64,000 nucleotides of DNA from NCBI GenBank assembly GCA_044892525.1, contig CM097885.1:14758001-14822000 (forward strand), written 5' to 3'. This document shows positions 38,955 to 51,526 of the stretch, one piece after another. A program made the position numbers and the translations under genes. The stretch's first letter is position 1; each line of letters opens with the position of its first letter. The notes below the pieces were generated by a model. The model was given only the letters and a program-made list of their open reading frames with translations. It was not told the DNA's origin and made no database searches. Origin of the DNA: Schmidtea polychroa (taxonomy: Eukaryota).

Positions 38955-41127
38955 TACTATCTAAAAGGCAACCTTAATATATCGGAAATGATGTTCAATT
39001 TAAAATATAATGCCAAATAGTTCTATTAAAACTGGAAAAATGTAATTTTTCCAAAATGTGTTTTAAAAATCTTTTTTTGCACAAATTGTATTGATAAGTA
39101 TTTAATTTTGCATTTTTTATTAATATTATTAGTCAATTTTAAATTTTACTTTTTTTAAATAAATGCTGAAATTTAATTTTTGGTGAATGCATCTTGTAAT
39201 ATTTGGCATTGTTTCCTTTTCTAATTTGTATATTTATGTTATATTCTGAAATTTTTGTTGGTATTTCATTACAAATCAGGTTTGTTTTTCTATAATTTTG
39301 TAATTCTTAATTTATTTTTTGCTTTTTTATAGTTCCTGGGAATTGTCACTATCACCTGGTATTACCTAAAGTTTCAAATTTTTCCCACGACTTTTTAATT
39401 TTTGAACATTTGGTTTTCAGATAACATTGAAATTTTAATCTACATATTCGATATTAAAAATGAATTCTCAAAGTTTTTATATTTATAAAAATGTCTTAAT
39501 GGTAAATATATAAAATAGAATTATTTAAGCTACTCTTTGTAAAACATTCTTAATTTTTTGTAATTTTAAGTTTCATTCTAACCAGTACAAATTTTAAATG
39601 AAAAAAAACATTTAAAAAATAGTTTATAAAATTTTAATATGTTACATAATTATTGTATGATTTTTTAACTTTCTCTTACATATATCAATTCTGAATTTGG
39701 TATGGCATTTAATAAACTATTTTTTTTGTGAAAATTAAGTCAATACAAATTGGAAAAGTAGATATCTAAATTTTCTTATTTAATACTACATCCAAGCCAG
39801 TTCAGTATTTATAAATTTTTTCCGCCAAAAATATGTCACCAGTGTGCACAACACTTACGTCTTAACACAGAAAATTGTATTAGATCTGAAATGTATTTCA
39901 AAAATAAACTTCTTCAATCCCTTCAAGATCTAAAGATAATCATTCAACATGTTTTTTAATTTTCTCTATATTATATCATTGTTATCTGACCCGTCAAAAC
40001 AAAAACTTCCCCCTCTGAAAATAACGGTATTAAAACTAACACCAATGTTTTCCCCAATTGTTCTCGATAATAATTTTATGGTTTTCCTTCATTTTTCGCT
40101 GCATTAACTTACATTTTGTAGACTTCATTATGTTGCTCTACTCGCGAATTTCCATTTTAGTAGTATTCGATTTTGTCGCTTTTTTAAATTTTCTGAAAGC
40201 CTATTTAATACATTCTTTAGATGACGGCATAAATTTTGTAGAAATATTTTATAAATTATCATTTGGTAAATATTAGTTTTATTAATTTTGAGATAGTAGT
40301 CTTTCCATTGTGTAATAAGGCGATATTACACTTAATGATTTTTCTTTTCTTTTTTTATGGAAAATACAATATTCCATTCTGATTCTGAAAACATGTAATA
40401 ATATAATCTAAAACTTTAACTCACTGGTTTCAGTGGAGCATATTCCAAAATGAGAGATGGCACTTATCATCGATAAAAATTTAAATGTGGCACATTCAAA
40501 CACACTGCAGTTAAAGTGGTGACATAAATCTTTAATAAATAAATAAATATAATTAAAACCCATTAGAAAAAATGAAGAAATTAACGTTTTCATTGGAATC
40601 ATTAATATCTTATGATGTCTAAGCTCCTATAATTTCAAGAATGGAAGTTTAAAGAAAATTCCTCGTGAACGATACTTTACAGTGAATTTTGTTTGAGATT
40701 TCTAATTTTTTAGCTGTTGAAATATCTAGATTACACGCTGGCTTAGACAGATGAAAACCTATAAGATTTTTTATATGACAGACAGAAGTGCCTAAAAAGA
40801 GAAAGACTAGCACGAAACAATTAATCTGATATTTATAATTTTATAGCAACAGGAATTTTTTGCCAACGATTCTTAAATATGTTAAACATTAATATATTAA
40901 TATTTGAATTAATTTATTTTTATTAAGGCCATTTATATATTTTAATTTAGCATATTTATCTTTTGGTTTCATTTTTGATCTTTATTTCAATTCAATAATT
41001 TTCATATCAATATTTGTAATATAATGTACCTTATTGTTTTGATCTATAGCCAGGCAATTCCACTTATGATGTCATTTCCCATTTTTAAGTTTGTAACTTA
41101 CATGATAGATAATAAAATGCATCAATA

Positions 41128-42022
41128 CAGTAAAACCCCCTTATAAAGAACACCTTTCTTAAAGGTACAAAAAATGAAAAAGGCCCACATTTGTATTTTT
41201 AAAGGATATTGACTCTTTATACAAGGTACATCGCTTTAAAGTACACAATTTTACTTCACTTGACCTATTCTACAAACAAAGGCCCTCAAGATATCGGATG
41301 CTCTCGTCATTGATCGATCAGACTTTAATGCCAGTGAAGGATGATTAGATAAGTTCAAAAGTCGTCATAATATCAAACAATATGCAATATCCGGAGAATC
41401 GGGAACTATAGACCAAATATCAGTTGATGAATGGAAAATGACTCTAAAACAATTCTAGTAGGATACGAGCCCCGTAATATTCCTAATGATAATGAAATTC
41501 TTGATGCCATATTAGATGATTATCTAACTAATCAAGATGATGAAGCAAATTAGAATAAGAGTGATAAATTAGAAAAAGAGAGACAAGAGAAAGATGAAAA
41601 AGTTCAAATCATAACTGATTGTAAAGCAATGCAAATGATTTCAGAACTTGTTACTTATGCTAAAACCAAGTGATTAATTGAAAAAGAGATTCACTTATTG
41701 CAGTTTAATGAGAAAGTAAGAAAAGTGCAAAAGAAAAACAAAAGGCAAACAAAACTTGACGAATTCTAAATTAAAAAATAATTGTTGTATCCTTTATATT
41801 TAATTTTTATCTATCTTTTCATGACTGAAACAATTTATTTGCTAGAATTCTAAACTTCACGACATTTACTATATATATAAATTTCTACAATTTTTATTGA
41901 ATATTGTGTATCTAACTTTTTTATTTTTCAATATTTCTCTTATAAATACATCTACCTTTAAAAAGTACACCCGAAGAAAAATTTTTTGCTAATAGGGCGT
42001 ACTTTATACGGAGGTTTTACTG
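41128..42022 (+). mobile_element. Tigger/pogo deletion derivative, copy B (both ends present)
   Basis: TA|CAGTAAAACC...GGTTTTACTG|TA; CENP-B-type HTH relic FNASEG*LDKFKSRHNIKQYAISGES. Confidence 0.92.
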
Positions 42023-42521
42023 TATGTTAAATAAAATATTATGTGATTAGTACTAACCTTTATAAAAGATGTAGCAAGGATAATAAATAAGTCTTTTAGG
42101 CATTTAGACATTTATTCTCTGCACCATATCTAGTACTTGTAACAATAACTAATCAAAAAAGACAATATTTACAAAGAAACAAAATTCAAATAATAAAAAT
42201 CTTTTACTACAGAAAGAAAATACGCAATAAAAATTATCATATTTCTATAAAATAAAATTAAATATAATCAATACTTTAAAAATTCAATCAAATTCAATTC
42301 AGATAAATTTATTTCATAATAAATCGCATTTAATGTTTAATTGTGAATTTTAAGTTTTAAATTAAATCAAAAATGGAACTTAATTCAAATAATTTGAATA
42401 TAAGTTCCTCTTGAAGCCTAGATAACCTATAAGAAAATCCTGACCTGATCAATATTCTTACAAATAGTAATATGAAAACTATTGAATTTTAATTTAAGTT
42501 ATTTTAGATAAATCAATTAAA

Positions 42522-42955
42522 TTAGATGTTAAACAAGTAAATGATAATGAATAGGACAATTAACACATTAAGCCTAATTTTTATTGCTTCTGATTCAGAA
42601 CTCACAGCAACAACTCGAATCAAACAATCTTTTGCAGCGTCTCGTGACCATTGTGATTTTGACTGAAGTTGAACAGAAAACACATTCAATAATTCTTCAC
42701 TTTCTGAACTCACATCCAAGTTGTTAATGGAGTTTAGAAAAAATTTCATTGCTGTAGAGCCATTCTTTGAATTGTGAGATAACATGAGAAGTTTAGAAAG
42801 ATTAGAAAATGCAAATTTCTAGTTAGTTAAAACGCCTTTGTCGTGATATTTTAATAAATCATTTAACTTCTTAAAAATATTCAATTGGGATTTTTCGTTC
42901 ATGTTTTTCAACAAAATTGGTCCGGTAAAATCATAAATTGTTGGATTTCTTCTGA
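42522..42955 (-). pseudogene. Probable GCN1-like gene fragment within an NCoR intron
   Basis: ORF segment LDVSSESEELLNVFSVQLQSKSQWSRDAAKDCLIRVVAVSSESEAI aligns without gaps, by eye, to the GCN1 N-terminal segment I recall as LDLSQYAMDIVKGLAGHLKSNSPRLMDEAVLALRNLARQCSDSSAM. There is an upstream in-frame stop. Not database-verified. Confidence 0.4.
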
Positions 42956-43568
42956 GGAACATATTTCAAAAGTGTTGAACATTTTCGATTTTAAAAAACA
43001 TTCCAAATCCATTCACACAAAGGTCTTTTTATTTTAAAAACCCAAATTTTTTAACTTCCTTGAAAACTACAATGATTCGATAAAACAAACCTCCAAAAAA
43101 TCTAAAAGCTAACAATCAATTAAACTACATTATAAAAATTACATTACAACCATTCCTCGCGCCTGTGTGCCTGACACAGAAACCACCACAACCAAAAAAT
43201 AGTCAGATGGAGAAGCTATTCCTCCATCTGACTGATCGAAACAGATAATATAAGATATTTTGCTGCAAAGTATGTATTGAATGAAATAAAATAACTTTCG
43301 ATTATGAAAATAATCTTTGTCGATATATTTTGCAAAAAAATCTTATCTTATGATTTATTTGTTTAGCATTTAATTAACGCTGTTACCGAGAAATCATTAT
43401 TTTATAATTAAATTATAATTAATAATAAATTTTATAAAATAAAATTAACCAATTTAAATTATAATTGATAAAATTCGTAATAATTAAGGCATAAAATAGT
43501 ATTATTGATACAAAAATGACACAATAGCATAAATAGGTGAAAATTTAAAATTTATAAAATAAGCTTAC

Positions 43569-43725
43569 ATATTATTCCTTCTGCTATATCCATTGTATCT
43601 TTTTCTCTTTCTTCACGATTTCGTTTAATTTCGGGAAATATTTTCTCAAAAAGCTCGCGATATTTAGACTCTTTTTGACGCCTTTTAATACTGTTTTCTG
43701 ACTTATCCAATCGTTTATACCAAGC
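43569..43725 (-). CDS. ncor: NCoR/SMRT exon 5
   Basis: AWYKRLDKSENSIKRRQKESKYRELFEKIFPEIKRNREERE; donor T|GTAAGC, phase 1. Confidence 0.92.
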
Positions 43726-43776
43726 CTAACCGATAACGGATATAAAAGAAAATTCATCGCGTAAGCTAAGTTTTAC

Positions 43777-44073
43777 TTTGACCAAAATCTCATAATTTTC
43801 TGCTAATTTCTTCAGTCTAGCTCGTTCTGCTAATTTTCTTTTGCGTATATACTTAATGAGGATAGGTTTGAATGTTTTATGAAAATGTGTTTTGACATTA
43901 ATTAATGATTCAATATCAGATGGCTGTTTGTACAATGGTAAGCCTAACGGATTCCATGACACATGATCTCCGCAGAACTTTTGAAATATTTGATGCTGAT
44001 CTGATGCTTTTCTTTGATTATTTGCAATAATTAATTGAATTGGATCTCGAGACAGAGGTATACAAGAATCTTC
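43777..44073 (-). CDS. ncor: NCoR/SMRT exon 4 (conserved N-terminal region)
   Basis: TTAG|GAA acceptor; encodes DPIQLIIANNQRKASDQHQIF...LPLYKQPSD; donor AAA|GTAAAA, then a 51-nt intron. Confidence 0.92.
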
Positions 44074-44498
44074 CTAATCGAAAATCCATCAACAAATTTT
44101 TTTATAACATATCCATATATACAGGATGTGTAAAATTTTTAAACAGCAAAAAATTAAAATTGAGACATTTTTGAGAAATTTTCAATTGTACTACATAAAA
44201 TTTTTTCATCAAATTGTGCTAATCGAGCTAATTACATCAGTACGTACGATTTCCTTCATATATTATTTTTATCTCTAAATATGTACTGTAATATTTCTTT
44301 TTAAAATGCACTAAAGTCAGTTTTAATTTAATGTAAGTCGAGGTACTACTATGACTATTAAGTATTAACAGTTTGTTTAATGATATGACTGTAAATTAAT
44401 TATTTTAATGTCTAATTTAATTATTTTATTTGTTTCATTCACCAAAGTTGAAAAGAAAGTGAGGTACCAAGATACCTACTATTTTTACCTCAATTTCT

Positions 44499-44501
<3 letters not shown>

Positions 44502-44560
<59 letters not shown>
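44502..44560. repeat. (TA)n microsatellite
   Basis: Directly visible. Confidence 0.98.
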
Positions 44561-44562
<2 letters not shown>

Positions 44563-45559
44563 GGAATTATGTGTGTATATGTGTGTGTATGAAAATGATT
44601 TGCTTTTATAAGAATATGTTCATAAATACCTATTCAAATTGCATTTGGATCGAATTCCACGAAATGATAATTTTGTTCGTGCTAGTGAGAACTGCTTCAC
44701 TGTAAAAAAAATTATTCGAATACCTTATGAAATGTTAATTCAATAAGTTTAAAAGTGTTGTTGGAAATTACTTTCAGTTTTAAAATTCCAAAAACAAGAT
44801 GTTCATTATCATATATTTATCCAATTTGAAGTCCTCAAAAGATAAATATTTAATAATAACATCAATAATTAAACTTTGGCTTTAAACATATTTTTTTAAA
44901 GTTTTCTATTAAATTAGTATAAATTCTTATAATAAAATGGAAAATGAGAATAATGGCGATGCAATAAAAGTGAAAATTGAAACGGTAGATGCGTTACTAA
45001 TTGTGATGATAGCAATAAAATCATTATAATTAAAGTGTAAATTATTGCATCCTAAATTGGACATTGAACATAAATTTGTATTGTTCAAAATTTATATTAG
45101 ATATGATCAATTGATCTATTTGAACCAAAAATTCCAATATACCATTTTATTTGATATTCTGTCTGCGTATCGTTTAAATATTTGAATTAGATATAATTGA
45201 ATAATTTTGAATAATTGAAGGAAAATTTTCAGACATTATAAGAGAAATGCGTTTAGATATGGTCCAATACAGTAAAATCATAGTGGATTAAATACGATCC
45301 GGATGTCCACCCAGAAATATCAATCAATTCTAATTCCATCAACAGATTATATTCACAACAATTTACGAATTCCCTAACATTTAGATTTGATTTGTTTTCT
45401 TTTAATCAATGAATAAAAATTCACACAATTTGTAAACAAAATTTCACCGAATAAAATTCAATTTCAATATCGGAGTCTAAGTGGTGATAAATATAGAAAT
45501 GTTTCAAAATACATTCATCTTCAAATAGTTTGGGGAAAAATTATTTCATTAAAAAAAAT

Positions 45560-45715
45560 TTATAATAATAAATAATGATAATAATAGCAATAATATATAA
45601 AATTAATAATAAAAATAATAAATAAATAAATAAAATAATAACAATAAATAATGATAATAATAGCAATAATAAATAAAATTAATGATAATAAAAATAATAA
45701 ATAATAATAATAAAC

Positions 45716-45802
<87 letters not shown>

Positions 45803-45830
45803 TAGCAATAATAATAATAATAATAAATAA
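45560..45830. repeat. (AAT)n microsatellite with degenerate flanks
   Basis: Pure array at about 45716-45797. Confidence 0.95.
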
Positions 45831-46328
45831 AAAACATGAATGAAATGAATAATATTAATAATAAAATTTTCGTAATTTATAAGAAATATAATTTCATTAA
45901 ATTCAACAATTTCAAATAGTGACAAAACGTTAAATAAATCGGATAGGAAAAAATTTGCATTATAAAAATAGAAATTGCATTCATTATATAATTGCATTTA
46001 CAGAAATCTCACGTCGAAATTCCAAAGGCAATTGCTAGAAAAATAAATTCCTTTCAATAAATAATGAAAAAAAAATTGCGTGACTGTATTTTCAAAAATT
46101 TTAGTTTCTCTTAATATCTATTAATAAAACAGATTGACTTGGCAATCGGTGCATGGCAATAACAATTTGACATCACGAGATGCTGGCCGGGCTCATGTGA
46201 TACCTAATGTTTACTAATCAACTGAATCTCTCCTGATGCTGGGATTAGAGAATAAAATATCGTGTTCAAATTTCAACGAAACCAATAAAAGGAAATATAT
46301 TTTTCATTTAATAAAATTATTCACCTAC

Positions 46329-46532
46329 CTCTTTGCTATAATTGTCTATGTTAGGCTGGTTGATTTTGTTATTGAGGAATTCAGTCTTTTCCCTCAATCG
46401 ATTAACATGTTCTTGTTGTTTTATGATCTCGTCTTCAATATCTCTCAATTTTTCCCCGATATTATCTTTTTCAGTCACACTGCTTAAATCACAATGGCGC
46501 ATATCATCGGGAACCGGAGATATGGCCTCAAC
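46329..46532 (-). CDS. ncor: NCoR/SMRT exon 3 (VEAISP...coiled coil)
   Basis: AAG|GTT acceptor, GAG|GTAGGT donor, 68 codons; VEAISP followed by LRDIEDEIIKQQEHVNRLREK, resembling the NCoR N-terminal coiled coil. Confidence 0.85.
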
Positions 46533-48122
46533 CTTCATCAAGAGACACAAGTTAAGCGGTTTTATAGAAATGTAAAAAGTAAACTTGAGGATAATAACTC
46601 GGTTCTTTGTTTTGCCATGATCCATTGGATGAAATATTCCCTGGAAATTTACAACCCGTAAAGAATAACATTGAAAAATGGCAAAAAAGAAATATAATCT
46701 AAGGATATACATGGTTTTTGGTTTGATCATAATTTCATAGGGTTGCGCGAAAAATTAAAAAATACATAAACGAATAATAGAAAATATGGGAAAATAATGA
46801 AAATATGTTTGAACGTCAATGATCACCAGTTTGTCATCTTAATCATTGTCAAATACAATACATTAAGACCCCCCCCCCGATTTCCGTCGTTAATTGGTTA
46901 CAGAAATTCATAACGCAAACCGAAAATTTATTTTTCTAACATTTCGATATAAATATTATTAATACAAAATTTTATAATATGGCACGTTTTTAGTAAGTGT
47001 ATCATCAAATAGAATAAATTATAATAGCATGCATCAGAATTAATAATAAAATTATAAAAATAATTTGATTAAATGGTATCACATCGACATATTGAAAAAT
47101 ATAGTATTTTTCTACACCAGTTTTTTCCAGTCTAGGAGGCTTTTAAGAAATTTTTAAGATTTATTTTTTGAGCACAAAAAACCTCTACTTTTTATTTAAG
47201 ATATTCCCTTAGAAAATACAGCAAATATAATATTATTCAATATTAACTTCATAAGGCACATAAGGCACATACAGCTGTGTTTCCTAACGTTGGGCGTATG
47301 CTTTAAAGGGGGGAAATCTATATTTTTGTAAAAAGGTTTGGTTGAATTGAATTATTCAAAGTTTATTCAAACAACTTCTCGCCTCTTTTACATTCCATGC
47401 TTCCAAGTGCAATAAAATAATCAGTTGTAATCACAACTTCGTTAACTATGCCCTACATACAGATAGTACTAGTCCGTTCCTTTACCGGCGAATAGGTTAA
47501 TAATTCATTTAGGTTTTAATTAAAAATGAATTATGAACCAAAATAGGAGAAAATCCCGTAAAATGTGGGACCAATGTTAGAGTCTAATTTATTAAATCAA
47601 TCCATTGGTTCAAATTGAAAATTAACATCAAATATAATTGTTATGCAATTAAAATAGATAGACAATAATATTTATTAATGTATTGGTTTCTATATCAAGT
47701 ATATTATCAAAAATATTAAAGTTCAGTAATTATCACATGGTAATCTAGTAAACAACATTTAACTCTTACATAATTTACATTAAGAAGAACACAATACAAT
47801 GAATTCAATTTTTATAAACGTAACCATTTTTAAACGAACTTAGGTGATTCGAAAGATGAAATAGCAAATCAGAAAAGTAAGGTTAAGTAAAAACGCAATA
47901 GCAACCAATTCTAGTTTCTAAAGGTGCCAATAAATATTTTCCATGATTTTAAAATTCTAGATTAATTTTAATGATAAATCCGTTTTCTACTTATATTTCA
48001 TGAGATAAGTTTTAATATTTCTTATGAAAGAATTGCTGTATATCATCAATCTGGAAACTTACAAAAATGCCAAAGATATGATGATTTGGTTGATGTTGAG
48101 CTTACCTTATATCTGTTACAAT

Positions 48123-49985
48123 TAAGGCATCCAATCCCGGAATTTATTTGGTACCGAAATCCCGGGATTAAGATTGTCAGAATACCGGGATTCGGTGCCA
48201 ATTTTTAATTCATTTTATTTGCATAATGCGTAGCCAATTCGGTTTCGTCCTCTGAGTTATTTTTAAATTATTCTTCTTTTGCTCAGTTGACGTATATTAC
48301 ATAACATGCGCACTAGAAAATCAACTACTACTATTCGGACCATGGTCATGAAGTATGGCCGAATGATTCAGCAAAAATAAAAGCTTGAATTACTTAGCTT
48401 GCAGTCTCGGAAGAAATTCACTATCAGCTTTGACGAATGGATTTCATTCAAGAACCGTCCACATTTGAATCTAAAATAAATTTTGGAATTTAGGACTGGT
48501 TCGATTGCGTGTATCTTTGCCGGTAGAAAGCTGTATCAAACTTATTGAAAAAAAGCTGGAGTTTTTCGGATTAAATTTACACGAAAATATTGTATGCACT
48601 GTGACGGATGGTGCCGCTGTAATTGCTTTCTTGCGAGCAATAACTATGTTTAGCACATGGCATACATCTGGCGGTTGTGGATTTCCACTACAAAAAACCT
48701 GTTTCTATCTCAATTGAAGAGGTTGATGATAACGATGACAGCGATTCAGACAACGAAGGTGAATATGACGGATTTCAAGTTGTTTGCAAAGAAGATGAGC
48801 CAGAACTTACGGATGAGCATTATGTATTCATCGGTAAAGTACGGTCTGTTTCCAAGCTATTTCATCGATCTCCGACAAAAAAACGACATTCTCCAGAAAT
48901 ACATCAAAGCAGAATTCGGAAAAGAAATTCAGTTGATGATTGATGTAAAGATACGATGGAACAGTCTTCTTTCTATGCTGGAAAGTTTCCATAAAGTTAA
49001 AAACTGCATTTTAAAATCGTTGATTGATCTTGGTTCAAGTATTTCAAATGAAGAACTGAACATTATTCAAAATTTGGTAACAACACTTGAACCAGTAAAG
49101 TTAGCTGTGGAAGCACTTTGTCGTCGTTATGAAACACTGTTGTCAGCTGACACAACGATTTCATTAATGATAAATAATTTAGGCAGCAGTGACTTAGCCG
49201 TTCGGCTGAAGGAAACACTTTCACTTCGATTAAATCAACGGCGAACGAAAGTTTCAAGTTTGCTTCAATATCTGCACAAGGGCAACCAAAATTATACAGA
49301 ATTGGAGTTGATCCTCTACTAAATTTTGAACGTCTAAACAAAACGAAGATTGTTTCTATGGTTACTGGTCTGACAAAGCCACTTGATCGCAATGAGTCAT
49401 TTGAATCCGAATCGGATAGTGAGGCAGCTGAAGGAGAAGTCGAATCGCAGTTGTCCATGCAAGAGAAGCTCGCCAGAGCCGTCGGTAAAGAAATGAATTC
49501 CAAAATAATTTCCAAATCACGAACAGCGAAAGATGTAACAAACATTGTGAAAAAAGAATTGGTCATTTTCGAAGTTGAAGGAGCTAACCTTGAGAGCTGT
49601 TACGAAAATTTGAACTCAATACAAACTCAATACAAGCGCAGAACCAGAACTAGTGTTTTAGGATACGGAAAAACGGTGAAAAAAATCAGATCATCTCTAA
49701 GTGATGAGAGCAGACATTTTGACCTTATTAAGAGGATATTTCAAGACGGAAGTTAAATAAATAAATAAACAAAAAAGACTGTCAATTTGAGTTCCTCTGT
49801 TTGTACCTAATTTCATTTATTATTGTTTTAAACTGTGTTCTATTAATGGATTAAAAAATGTATGGTTTTTTAAATTTTGGATAAAAATTTTGAAATTTCG
49901 ATCAGTCCCGGTGCTGGCACCGGGATCAAAAAATTCAATACCGAAATCCCGGTTCTGGAAAAATGGTCTGGTACTGGATGCCTTA
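48123..49985 (+). mobile_element. hAT transposon with frameshifted, partly deleted transposase
   Basis: TIRs TAAGGCATCCA...TGGATGCCTTA, perfect 8-bp TSD GTTACAAT, subterminal CCGG repeats; motifs SFDEW, VTDGAA, AHGIHLAV, IDVKIRWNSLLSML. Confidence 0.95.
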
Positions 49986-50165
49986 GTTACAATAGAAAGA
50001 TGAGTGCATAATTTCAACTCTACTCAATGTTTTCTCTCATAATAAGCTTTAATCTTAAAATTATGAACAACACAATCCTGGAATTGAAAATATTTTCGCA
50101 TGTAATGCACTTAAATAATATGAATAGAATGACATAAATTAAAAGAACTACTATACTGATATAAA

Positions 50166-50304
<139 letters not shown>

Positions 50305-50505
50305 GTTTTCATTATATTATTAGACAGATTTATATGCAAATTTAATGCTATAACAAATAATTAGCTAAGCTGAATAACTATATTAACTGTCATTTCAATT
50401 ACTATTATGATTATACAATTGAGCTATATATATATATAAAGAAAGTCAAAAAAACTAATTTATTTCAAATCGAAATCAAAAATAGTTCGTTTCTTGATCT
50501 TAGAT

Positions 50506-51526
50506 CAGTGGTTTCCAACCTGGGAGGCACGGCCTATGGCTAGGGGAGGCGCCAAAACTTTTGGGTAAAAAAATAATTTTCATACCATAATTATTATTTC
50601 ATCATTTTTAGCACTTCGAGTTTAAAATTACCAAATAAAAAATAACAAAATTTAAACTCCTTTACATAATAAATAACAAGAAATGTCAAATTCCAGGCAT
50701 TCTTTACCTTTAAACATCAAGATACTTATAACTATATATATAAAAAATCACTCTACATTTTGATCTTCCGAACAGCTTACACAAATTGACGCCGCGTGTC
50801 TAGGGCATATATTTTACCACATGAAACGCATACTGTCGAATATTTTCTGTCAAGATTTCGAGGTCAATGTATGCATCTTTTTATGGCTGGTCGAACTTCA
50901 TTTTCAGAGATTGTTCTTGTAAAATATTTTTACTATGAAGTGCATAATATGTCGACGTTGTGTTCGTGTGAGGGTTTGTATAGTACTTCTATATTTAAGG
51001 TAGTCATCAAAAAGAGAAAAATCTAATGTTTTGAGATATTTTTTCTAGGTTTTATAGATTTTTTCAACAAAATAAAATACGTAATCGGTCGCGTGGGGTC
51101 TTTACAAGCCCACGCGCGAACAAAAATCTGCTCTACTCAGGCGTCGTGTGAAAACTCAGACGCGCATATATTGCAAAGTGCGTACTTGTTATTTAGGCAG
51201 CTACTGAGACACACAAACCTGAAACTTAAATAATTAAAAAGTTATATCGGTTTTTCTTAACTCCGGGCCTTTAAAGACCCCACGCGACCGACGATATAAG
51301 AAAAATGGGCGCTACCGTCGTTGGGTTATTAATATATAGTAATTTAATATACAAATAAATATACATGTTTTTATTCTGTTAATTGTAGTTTTAATTTTTT
51401 TTGTAATAAAGCTATTATTGTTTAAAACGTGTTTATATTATTATATATATTAAAAAAATATGGGGAGGCGCCAAGAAAAAATTTTTTTAGGGGGAGGCGC
51501 GGTAGCATAAAGGTTGGAAACCGCTG
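50506..51526. mobile_element. hAT (Charlie-like) non-autonomous element
   Basis: TIRs CAGTGGTTTCCAACCT / AGGTTGGAAACCGCTG, perfect 8-bp TSD TCTTAGAT, repeated GGGGAGGCGC subterminal motifs. Confidence 0.93.

Noticed and set aside
39000..40700. Decayed LINE-like coding texture (also about 1800-4650 and 44940-45500)
   Set aside because: No diagnostic RT or endonuclease motif was readable with confidence, so it was not annotated.
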